From the NCBI GenBank assembly GCA_000002445.1, contig CH464491.1, positions 5,024,001 through 5,088,000 on the forward strand: a stretch of 64,000 nt of DNA, read 5' to 3'. Positions 1 through 9,157 of the stretch are shown one piece after another. The notes under the pieces are model-generated. The model was not told the DNA's origin and did no database searches. It saw nothing but the letters and a program-made list of their open reading frames with translations. The first letter of the stretch is position 1. Every line of letters starts with the position of its first letter. This stretch comes from Trypanosoma brucei. Lineage: Eukaryota. Both the position numbers and the translations under genes were made by a program.

Positions 1-1584
1 TACCACTTAGAATATTGTAGGAAATACCAGTTCTTGAATGCCATATGATTTGTAATCTTCTAATTCTTGCGTTTGAACTGTCCTGCTTCACCTGTACATG
101 AATGAATATGGAAAATAACTAAATACTTGCTTCTTTCTAATGACTTTGATAATTTGACGAAGTTTAAGAAATAGGTTTCCTGGCCACTTATTCACCACTT
201 TGAGACGAAATAAATCTATTATTAATGCCCTTCTTTCACTGCTCTAATAGTTTTCAGCTTTTGTTTGTCTGTCTAAATTTTTGTTCCTTTATGCACTTTG
301 TGCAAGGTTATATGAAACCATCACCTACTTGGTTTGTCATTGCATGTACCTTGGAGAAGTTAAATCTGGTGAGAGACAAACCTTAAGACGAGATTCTGGT
401 CTTTGTTAGCTTAGTTGTCAGTGTTAAATTGCTTGGTATCGATGACAGTATTTTAAGTACAAATAACGAATTCTTCAAATAGTTTTTGAGGGAATGTTGG
501 TAGTTTCGGTTTTGGGTAACTTCAATTTATACTACTTTTATATGACAGTGCCTATATTTCCACTTTATACAACCGCATGTTGTAACAATTTATTAACTAC
601 GTTAATTATCACATGTAAATTGTCACTTTATTTGGTTTTGTTTGTCTTATGTTCAACTTGTGTAAAGTTCAATCTTACCATATAAAACTATGGTCACCAT
701 GACAATTTAAAGCCTAAATTATGCTTCTGACAATTTCTTACATTCAACATCAACCTATATCGTTTTATATCTATTCTATATATACTTTCCAACCGCGACT
801 ACATCCCTGAAAATATTAAAAGTACTGCATGTTTTGATGCATATAAAACACTTAACACCTATGTGTTGCAGTGGCTTCTATTTTTTGTTAATTCTAAGGC
901 TTTAGTTTACTTGTGAAAAAAGTAACGCCTTTGGATATTAAATGTACACTTTTTGGATTTTCTTTGTTAAATCTTCGTTCATCTTTGCTTGACATTGTTT
1001 TAATCATGAAAGTTGGATACTGGAACCGCCTTTATTGTTGCTTTTGTTTTATTATTTTTCTCCCTTAGTCGTGTACAAGCAACAACTTATATATTGATTA
1101 TTTTTTATTGAAAGGTCTTAATATTTTGCAAGCATCACAATAAGGAATTAGAGGTCCATCTACAATACTTTTTTAACTTTATAGAGATCTTCCGTGGTTT
1201 CATATGCGGACTTTATTATTCTGGCCACGTCGGTCTTTACTGAGTGTGCCGTTAGCTGCATCTCTTTTTTCTGACTTCGCATGAGCTGCAGTAGCTGCAG
1301 CTTTTTTCACCATTGCGCTGTGCCGGTTTATGATAACTGCCTCCATATTCTTTCCTACAAAAGCTCCTTCTGCATTTCTACGTTTCGTATTGCTTGAAAT
1401 CTGTCCTTCCTTTTCATTTAAATTTATAACTATATTCCTCTCCTGCCATGCTAATTCGTTCTCACTCCCTTATTCTTATTACACCATTCCATTGCTTAAC
1501 GTGCTTCTATTTTGAGCTTTTAATTGGTTCTAACCACCAAACTTATCATAAAAGTTTTCGATACACACTCACATCCCACTCTTA

Positions 1585-1690
1585 TCATTATTATTAGCAT
1601 CACCATTACTATTGTTATCATCAGTCCGCTCATTATAATATTTGTATATACACACTCACAACACTCTTCTATTATTATTATTACTACTAT
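1585..1690 (-). repeat. VSG 70-bp repeat (one unit plus TAA-rich flank)
   Basis: Plus strand reads CATTATAATATTTGTATATACACACTCACAACACTCTTCTATTATTATTATTAC, the reverse complement of the T. brucei 70-bp repeat core GTGTTGTGAGTGTGTATATAC...TATAATAAG with (TAA)n. The same unit recurs about 17 times in the window at cassette boundaries. Confidence 0.85.
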
Positions 1691-1841
1691 ATCCTTAAGA
1701 AATATGCATCAAATAAATAATATTAACCAAAATCAAAAATGATAAATAGCATTTATTTTCAAAACACTATTACCCCATAATTTGCACACATAAAACACTG
1801 TCACACACATATTGCCAAAAATTTACAAATTTCATCAAAAA

Positions 1842-1856
1842 GTGTTAAAATATATA
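1842..1856 (-). promoter_or_regulatory. VSG 3'UTR 16-mer element (for the C-terminal fragment at 1990-2230)
   Basis: GTGTTAAAATATATA on the plus strand is the reverse complement of the conserved VSG 3'UTR 16-mer TGATATATTTTAACAC. Confidence 0.7.
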
Positions 1857-1989
1857 AAATATTAGGAGTTTTATCCAAATATCAAATTAAATAAATTATC
1901 TTATAATCGTTATAGTGCTATAAAATTCATAAAGACAACATCTATGAAAGCCAATTTTTTATTAAAAAGGAAACTGCCATTTCGGCTCT

Positions 1990-2230
1990 TTTCTCTTTCT
2001 TAGTCATATTCACCCTATTTGCCTTTTTTCCAGCCGCAATTCTTTTTATCATCCTTTGTTTTCGTCCTCACAAGCTTGTTGATTAGTGCCACGTTGGGTA
2101 CCCTTTTCTTTTCTTCCCATATTTTCCTTCTCCTTTTCCTGCTTTGTCTGCTTTTTCTGTTTCCTTTTTGCCTTCCTCACTCAATGTGCACTTTTCACCA
2201 TCTTTGCCATCTTTGTTAAAAACACGCCCC
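1990..2230 (-). pseudogene. VSG: VSG C-terminal-domain fragment (no N-terminal domain, premature stop)
   Basis: Minus-strand translation gives ...KDGKDGEKCTLSEEGKKETEKADKAGKGEGKYGKKRKGYPTWH and ...KNCGWKKGK*, which resembles the VSG CTD motif HCGWKGENS of the neighbouring gene. The CTCAATGTGCACTTTT block is shared with copies at 33950 and 58640. Confidence 0.55.
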
Positions 2231-2528
2231 TGGAAGTTTAGCGGCACTAGCTTTCGGATGCCAGCGGCAGATGAGGCAGTCGTTCCTTAACTACCAAATG
2301 TGATAATCTCCTGCTTTAAAATAACCCTATTTTTACATTATTTCCTTTTGAAAGCAAATTGTTTTGTGCAACGAAACTGCCACGCGCCAGCGCTTTTTAA
2401 AAAATTTTAAAGCCGTGCTCAGCGCAAAATTCAGAGCTGAAATTCACATAAACGAAAAAAATTTTCAAAATGTGATAGCGAGGTATAGACTAAGAATACA
2501 AAGACGAAGATTCTTGAAGTTTGAAGAA

Positions 2529-2541
2529 GGTTTAGGGTTTA
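2529..2541 (+). repeat. Telomere-like G-strand hexamer/heptamer remnant (GGTTTAGGGTTTA)
   Basis: Direct read. It lies about 70 bp from a C-strand remnant at 2610-2623 in the opposite orientation. Confidence 0.4.
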
Positions 2542-2609
2542 CGTAAAAAAGAGCCGCTGATTCATTAAAAAAGTGGCGAATTAAAAAAAATTAATTAAAA
2601 AATTAATAA

Positions 2610-2623
2610 CCCTAACCCTAACA
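2610..2623 (-). repeat. Interstitial telomeric repeat remnant (CCCTAA)2 on plus strand, TTAGGG on the gene strand
   Basis: Plus strand reads AACCCTAACCCTAACA. A second degenerate copy, CCTAACCCTAAA, is at 2795-2810. Confidence 0.6.
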
Positions 2624-2908
2624 CTTTTTAGCCTATTTTTCTTTCTTCCTTTTTTATTTCATTTTTAATAGAACTTTGAGAATCAATTACAAAATTCCCT
2701 AAAAGTTTTGATTCTTTTTAAAAATTTAAAAAAAAATAAAAAATAAAGAAGATCAAAAAAATAATCCAAAATTTGTGAAAACTCAATAATAAAAAACCTA
2801 ACCCTAAAAGTTCAAAACATTCAAAAATAAAAAAATGAGAAATTTTTTAGCTATCAGAAATTTTTTTTACAGAATCAGACAACCAAAAAAATTCTCGGTC
2901 GAATTTAG

Positions 2909-2942
2909 GTGTTAAAATATATCAGAAGTTTTCAAGTAGCAA
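2909..2942 (-). promoter_or_regulatory. VSG 3'UTR 16-mer (2909-2924) and 8-mer (2935-2942), with a C10 homopolymer at 2963-2972
   Basis: GTGTTAAAATATATCA and AGTAGCAA on the plus strand are the reverse complements of the conserved TGATATATTTTAACAC and TTGCTACT elements. On the gene strand the order is 8-mer, then 16-mer, as in VSG mRNAs. The G10 run (a C-tract on the gene strand) sits between the stop codon and the 8-mer. Confidence 0.85.
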
Positions 2943-2982
2943 AAATTTCTTTAAAAAATTGAGGGGGGGGGGTGAATTTGTT

Positions 2983-4422
2983 TTAAAAAAGCAAGGCCAC
3001 AAATGCGGCAGAAACCACGCTGAGGGCGAATTGCTTGTCTAGGAGAATAGAGGAATAACGGCATTTATAAGTTCCTTTATCAGATCCATCACTATTTTCT
3101 CCTTTCCAGCCACAGTGTTTTGTTCCACCCTGATTTGCTGCCTCGCACGCCGTCTGGTTTTGAAAGCTGCTGCACACAGGTTTGGAAGTATTATCCCCGC
3201 CTTTCTTTTCTTCTGTTTTTTCTTCTGAGTCTTTTTTCTTAGCTGGTTCGCCTTCTGCTATCTTAGCTTCCTTTTTCATGGAAGCAAGTTGCCTCGCCAA
3301 GGCCTCTGTTAGCTTCCCAATATCTGTTTCAGATTCGAGATGCAGACCTTCTGATGTTTTATCTTTGTTTATTTTAGGCTTAAGGTTGTTGATTTTTTTC
3401 CACAGTCGCTCCTCAAATTTGCTGCCGCCTTCACCATATGCCGCTTTTATGGAAGCATCGAGCAGACTTGGTGGCGTCGTCATCGTGTCTTCTGAGTTTT
3501 CCAGTCCTGGTAAGGATCTGACTAGTTGCCTTTTGAATAAGTCGCTTGTTGCTACGGCGTTGTAGTCGTTTGCTGTAGATGAGCAATGCTTCTGTTTGAA
3601 GTGATCTAGTAGTAGTTTGTTTGCGTCATTAGCATTGGTTATATTAGTTTTCAGGACGTCGCTGGCCACCGCATATTTTAGATCTGCATTGGCTCCATCG
3701 CCTGACCAGGCTGTTGCTTCGTTTGATTGTACCGCGCTGCCGATTTTGATTATCGAATTGAACGTGAGTTTGCCTGTGTCTTGGGTTATCCCTGTGCTTA
3801 CACAGTTAGTGTTGCCGCCGCCGTGCTTACAATTTATTGTTACTTCTGTTATTGGAGTCAGCTCGGGCAGTAACATGTTTTCGGATTCGTTCGTGGGGTC
3901 AAATTTTGTCCTTTCCTCGGTCAGCTGTACCTTTGCGCATTCGTCTGGCATGGCGGTGCCTGCTGTTTTTGTTGTTAGTGACGTCGCAGTGAACTGGCCT
4001 GCCCCCGTTCTCGCCGTTAACTCTGTTTTGCCTCCGGCCTGGCTGAGTTGTTCGATTAGTGTTATCGCTCGGGCCGCAGTTGTTAGTTTTGGCTCATGGT
4101 CGGCCAGTAATTTGCGGCCTGCCTGTGCCGCAGCTCGGCAGGTTTGAAATATTTCGCCTGTCGCAGCTAAAGCTGGTAACGATTTGCTCTTTAGATCATC
4201 GTCGCCGGCTGTGGCGGCAATCGTTAGTTTTAAAATCTGGTCTGTCATAAGCGCCAGATTAGCCTCTGCTCGTTCCTGTTCCTCTGTATAAAAAGCCAGG
4301 GCGTTGTGCAGCCGCATCGCGCACTCGCAGCCGCTGTCGCACTTCACCGCTTTTGACGCGCTTGTTTTGTAGGTTGTAATGCACAGTGCCGCTATCCAGC
4401 TTGCGGCAAGTGCGGCAGCCAT
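2983..4422 (-). CDS. VSG: Variant surface glycoprotein, intact 479-aa ORF (a-type N-terminal domain; C-terminal GPI signal ...SSILLDKQFALSVVSAAFVALLF)
   Basis: A single ORF with an N-terminal hydrophobic signal (MAAALAASWIAALCITT), a Cys-rich C-terminal domain (HCGWKGENSDGSDKGTYKCRYSS) and a hydrophobic GPI-addition tail. The 16-mer and 8-mer 3'UTR elements follow. Confidence 0.9.
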   Translation of the reverse strand: MAAALAASWIAALCITTYKTSASKAVKCDSGCECAMRLHNALAFYTEEQERAEANLALMTDQILKLTIAATAGDDDLKSKSLPALAATGEIFQTCRAAAQAGRKLLADHEPKLTTAARAITLIEQLSQAGGKTELTARTGAGQFTATSLTTKTAGTAMPDECAKVQLTEERTKFDPTNESENMLLPELTPITEVTINCKHGGGNTNCVSTGITQDTGKLTFNSIIKIGSAVQSNEATAWSGDGANADLKYAVASDVLKTNITNANDANKLLLDHFKQKHCSSTANDYNAVATSDLFKRQLVRSLPGLENSEDTMTTPPSLLDASIKAAYGEGGSKFEERLWKKINNLKPKINKDKTSEGLHLESETDIGKLTEALARQLASMKKEAKIAEGEPAKKKDSEEKTEEKKGGDNTSKPVCSSFQNQTACEAANQGGTKHCGWKGENSDGSDKGTYKCRYSSILLDKQFALSVVSAAFVALLF

Positions 4423-5313
4423 CTATATTAAAGCTTCTTGTGGTGTTGAGGTTGATGTTCTTATTGGGTTGGTCACCTGTGCTGCTGGAGGGAACTTTTC
4501 TGTTAGAAGCTTTCTTTTTGGGTGCAGTGAGAAATACGCCTCGTTTTTTAAAGAACAGACATATAAATCCAATTGGCTTGTCAGTACTACTTTTGTGTTT
4601 GGTTACGATTTGCATATATTTTATATGGTATCTATCCCGTTATTTTTTTCTTTCTCATGTTGTCTATTTGCCGGCACTAATCCATTACATTTTGTGTAAA
4701 TAACATAGTAAATTTCTTTGTTTCCACGGACGTGATTCTTGTGCCGCTTCTGTGGTGTCTGCTTGGCGTCTGGTGCAATGTTTGGCAGTTGTCCAAAGCT
4801 TTTTAGTCTCATCTAGGTTTCGATCTGGTCCTATTTTGATTGCGCCTCTCGTTTTGTTTAATTTATCAGTGATATCTGCTGATACCTGCACGTCCTTGCC
4901 GCGTGTCTTGCCTTTTGTATCTTCTATTGTTTTTATGACATCTGCGTCTGTGTTGTTGGTGCTGTAGTCTCCTATTTACCTTTAGTGGCACTGTTTTAAT
5001 TTCTCTTGCATTTGTTCTGCTGTGAAAGCTCTGCTTTTGTTTCTCTGTTTTGTCTGGGATTCAAATTTGAGGAAAGTTTGACAAAACCGCTTGTATGCCA
5101 GAACAACCCGTGAGGAATTCATCTAAGAGTTGTCTAGTTTCTTTTTTCTCCTGTGGTTGAAATCCTAAAGCCAATTACTCGTTAGAATTTACCTTTAAAC
5201 CAGTTGCATCTTGGGAGAAGTTAAAATTTGTCAGCTTCAAGCAACTTCCCTTCCTTAAATGCATCACTACAAATACTATCATAATAAAAATCTAACTTCT
5301 CCCCGGATACAGC

Positions 5314-6190
5314 CTAAGTTTGCAGTTTTCCTAGATTATGATTTATCAATTCCTTACTTTTATATTTTTTATACCAAGTCAAGTTGGTCATAGTTTCTTT
5401 TTCCCTTTCCTGCCGAGAGAACGCGTTTCCTGCTAGATGAAGTAATTCAGCTTCTCCAATGGCGCCACTGACGTGTATGGAAAAGAATCGATCCTCGTAA
5501 TCCAATCCAATCATTCCTCTTGGCAAAAGAAGTCTTTTTCCTACATTAGTCTCTCTGTACACACTCAAAAGAAGTAACGGCTTGTAAATGCTCTGTTCCG
5601 ACCACCATTCATCGGTCATTTTAAGTATTTCATTAAACGCTCTTTCAAACTTTCTGAATGCCCAAAATCTAGCTATTATACCACCTCCATTCAAGTATGC
5701 TTTTTGGTTTGCAGGCCACTTAATTAAGTGCGTTAGGTTCAGCTGCTCTTCCACAAAGTAAGAGGCTTTGCAAAACCATGTGCACCCCGCCATATGGTCT
5801 CTGTATTCTGAGTTCAAAAGTAAATCTAACTGTGGTGCATAACATTCAGCTGGCGACATGAATATAATTGGAGAAACTTGTTTCTCTTTGACAACATCGT
5901 CCTCGCTAAACTTCTCTTCATTTTCTGCATAATTTTGCATAAAATATTCCACCGCATTCTCATATATATCACGATCAGTAACAATAACATCAGACCCATC
6001 AAACAGTGATTACAATATCCTCATCACTTGCATTATTATTTTCTAAAAATTCCATAACCCATATAGGCCTTTTAACATGGCTATACAAACATCCTATTGC
6101 AATTGTAATAATGTCAATATGAGCCTACGCCGTCCTTGAGTTTCTTGCGTTTGAACTACAAACGCAAAGACTTTGGGTTTCTTAGCCTCA
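5314..6190 (-). pseudogene. Conserved array-associated non-VSG pseudogene (best guess ESAG3-like, a GRESAG family; truncated and frameshifted)
   Basis: 212-aa ORF 5314-5952 (MEYFMQNYAENEE...GIIARFWAFRKFERAF...WWSEQSIYKPLL...GAIGEAELLHLAG). Upstream continuation to about 6190 is broken by stops. A paralogous copy is at 29190-29960. It lies between a 70-bp repeat and a VSG, as ESAG3 pseudogenes typically do. The family name comes from memory, not from a search. Confidence 0.4.
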
Positions 6191-7011
6191 TTATTTGTTA
6201 TATGTGTTATATTATTTTATTCATCATTTTAAAGGAACACAGCGCTTATACATACTAAATGTTATATCAACAGGAATAGTAAAACTCTCAAGAGACCGAA
6301 TTCCATGACTTACTATACTTTTACAATTTGAGGTTATTATAGGAAAAATTAGAAAAGTTCAATAAATATGTTCAGTTGTAACATTATTGTATTTATTTAA
6401 GGAATAAGTGTTTACATAAATAATCAATTTCTTTATACTATTACTGTGTGACTTATGAAGGGTGAATTCTCAGAAAATACATCTTTTGCTTAAGCATGCA
6501 TCTACGGATTTGGTTTTAGTATATAGCTGTAGCTGTAGCTTTAGCTTAGACCGCACTCTACATGTGTGCCATAATTTCTTGCATTATTCACATTTTTTCT
6601 CTATGGAGTGTTGTAGAAAATGTTTTATTTAGTTGTACTACTGAGTTCCTAGATGCTAAGTCTTTTATTACATTCCTATGACAGCTACCTAGATGTTCGT
6701 TAAAGCCATGAAACCAGCATCAACGTGGCTTTGTGGAGTAATATAAGTGATTCTTTGAACAACATACCCACTCTATTTTTCTTGAACATCCGTTCCTGTT
6801 TTTCCCGCATCTTCCTTTCAACAATTTCCTCGTGTTCAATTACGCCCATCATTACATTATGCTCGAAGCTGCACCTGTACCATCTCCATCTCCCTCTGTC
6901 TTCTTCACTCAGCTACTGTTCACATTACTTACTTACTTTTGTTGAACCTTTGCACCTTCGCAACTGGTTTACTTGCTTCTACTTTACCTTTCCATTCCAT
7001 CTTCACCACCG

Positions 7012-7228
7012 CTATCATTATAATATTCGTATATACACACACTTACAACACTCTCCTATCATTATTATTATCATTATCATTATCATTAATATTATTATTA
7101 TTGCTCTTATTATAATATTTGTATATACACACTCACAACACTCTCCTATTATTATCATCATCATTATTATTACTGCTCTTATTATAATATACGTATATGC
7201 ACACTCACAACACTCTCTTAACATTGTG

Positions 7229-7260
<32 letters not shown>

Positions 7261-7320
7261 CATTTTTATTATTACTATTTTTATTATTACTGTTGTTATC
7301 ATTACTATTTTTATAAACAT
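7012..7320 (-). repeat. 70-bp repeat array (3-4 tandem units plus long TAA/TTA tract)
   Basis: Three consecutive copies of (C)TTATTATAATAT(T/A)(C/T)GTATATACACACTCACAACACTCTCC, then about 110 bp of ATT/ATC triplets. This is the longest 70-bp block in the window. Confidence 0.9.
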
Positions 7321-7589
7321 AACTTATATTAATAAAATGAACAAAATAAAGCACAGCATAAAATTAGAATGGCTCTCATTTTTCATACTCTGTTACAACA
7401 TTATGTTACATCCGTAGGCAACTTTTACACCAAAATTTTATATTCTTTAGATTTTCAGATACTCAAAAAATTTGCACTGATTTAAACATTTTCATCAAAA
7501 AGTGTTAACATATATCAGATAATAGTAATTCTCTCAAAGTAGAAAGTGTCATAAATTCCACTAATTGGAAAAAATTTATTAATATGCTG

Positions 7590-9157
7590 AAATGTTATCA
7601 AACTCACAAAAGCAGGAACAATCAGAGCCAATTTACCATTGACAAGAAAACTGGAATCTCTATACGCTGGGTCAACTTTTCCCTGTCCTTCAATATAGTC
7701 AATCCATCCACAAACAGCTTTTTTTTGCTGCCTTTGTTCTTGGAGCTTTCGCACATGTTTCGGGGTCCCGATAAAGGGAGTAAACGGAACCTGTTGGGGC
7801 CACTCCTTCCTTAAATTTTCATTTATCATCTGTTCAATTGCACGGGTCTTTGCATTTTTCTGCTGTTGTTATCGTTACACACGCCTTTTCGAATTCGGAA
7901 GTTTTTGGTTCGTCTGTTTCTTATCTGCTCCATCGAGTTGCTTCTCGTCCGCGGCTTTTGAGTCATTATTTGCCTGTTTGTAGCTTTCACTTCTTCCTTT
8001 TGGGCTGCTGTTTCCGCTTGAGCTAGGGCTGTCGCCATCAGGGCTGACAATGTGTTGTTGTCGGAGGTTAGCTGCGCCTCCTCGATCATTATTTGATCCA
8101 GTTCTGTTTCTGCTTTCCGTCCCTCTTGTGTTGCTGTTTTGAGTTTGGCAAGCCATTTTGGTGAAAGCGGTTTGCCGTTGTTTGCACCTGCAAACATACA
8201 AGCTCCTTTATTTTACGAATGGTCCCCGTCGCGCGCATGTCGCCGCTGCCGTCGATGGTTCCGAGTATGCCGACTTTGCTGGCACTCCCCTTGCCCTTGC
8301 TCATATCGTCTTCGAAGCCGCGGATTGCTGATTCTAGTAGGCTAACGGGGGTTTGACCCTGCTCGGCTTCGTTACCGGCTTAGCATTCGGCCGCTATCTT
8401 GTTATAGGATTTTGCGGCGTTTGTACCGACTTTGCTGAACGTTACGTGATCTTTCCCTGCGCCTTCGCACGCTTTGTTGGGCCGTGTCGTGCTGTCTGAT
8501 GCGCATATGCAAAGCATCGACGCTTCCAATTTCTTTGGCCCGGTGATTGCTGCTGTCGGTGTCGAGGGATTGCCGAAAGCCGTTGGTCTTGAGTTGTCCG
8601 AGCCGAATATTTTTGTTGTTGACGATGTCTTGCTGACCGCCGAACAGGGCCTGTTTTAGTGTTGCTTTCATTTGAGCAAAAACATCTTTTCCTTCTTTGG
8701 ATGCTAGTTCTTTTTCTTTTGTTTCTACCTGCCTTCCTGTTTTGTTCAGAGCTAGAGTTACGTACGATTTGCTTGTGAGTGCGGCAATCAGGTGCTTTTT
8801 AGCGTCGCCTTTGTGGACGTCTAAGAAAGCCTTGGCTTTTTCGCATGCGGCCTTTTTGTTTCCACCGCATGGATTTGATTCCTGTATTTGCTCTGCTTCT
8901 GCCGGTCGTTGTGCACTTGCTTCTGCCGTTGTGGTTTTTTCTACTGCGTCTCTGCTGTTTAGGAGTAGGTTTATAGTACTCGCCGCATCCATGATATTTT
9001 TGACGTCAGCCCAATTCGTATTTGGCTTTGGAGTGTACTTCAAGGCCTTTAACACCGCGCAGAAGTGGTGAAGGACATACCTGTGGCTACCGTCCGGTGG
9101 GGCTGCCCCGCTGACATACTGTAAGGTTATAGCCAACGCTAGTGCCGCGCGGTGCAT
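7590..9157 (-). pseudogene. VSG: VSG pseudogene (multiple frameshifts; stop codon after GPI signal lost)
   Basis: N-terminal ORF 8402-9157 (MHRAALALAITLQYVSGAAPP...). Middle fragments are 7826-8201. C-terminal ORF 7515-7829 contains ...KAVCGWIDYIEGQGKVDPAYRDSSFLVNGKLALIVPAFVSLITF and reads through into the 3'UTR. The 16-mer GTGTTAACATATATCA is at 7502-7517. Confidence 0.8.

Larger units (their letters stand above)
1842..2982 (-). other. Composite repeated module, copy 1 of 3 (other copies 33644-34570 and 58268-59349)
   Basis: Each copy contains, in order: a 16-mer, a VSG CTD fragment (CTCAATGTGCACTTTT...), a conserved flank (GTTGAGCGGC...), the core GAAACTGCCAC(G/C)CGCCAGCG (2370-2392, 34143-34170, 58838-58860), an A-rich spacer and telomere-hexamer remnants. 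Each copy directly abuts the 3'UTR of a VSG ending ...ALLF. Confidence 0.7.

Noticed and set aside
1524-1742. Plus-strand ORFs rich in poly-Ile and poly-Ser (1524-1742, 6725-7417, 7018-7320, 10442-10807, 13735-14081, 16717-17016, 20489-20803, 33247-33477, 37471-37785, 43872-44144, 57658-58122, 61826-62239)
   Set aside because: They are translations of the 70-bp repeat and (TAA)n tracts, low-complexity artefacts rather than genes.
2560-2900. Considered calling 2560-2900 a true chromosome end (telomere)
   Set aside because: Only 2-3 degenerate hexamers are present, and the sequence continues into further VSG cassettes on both sides. This is an interstitial remnant, not a telomere.
3182-4250. 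Long plus-strand ORFs antisense to VSG genes (e.g. 3617-4147, 11121-11564, 34894-35586, 38746-39315, 52838-53290)
   Set aside because: They sit entirely inside well-supported minus-strand VSG coding sequence and have Ala/Ser/Leu-rich low-information composition. No independent signal supports them.
6500-6545. Short tandem AGCTGTAGCTGTAGCTTTAGCTTAG
   Set aside because: A three-copy micro-duplication only about 25 bp long, with no recurrence elsewhere in the window.
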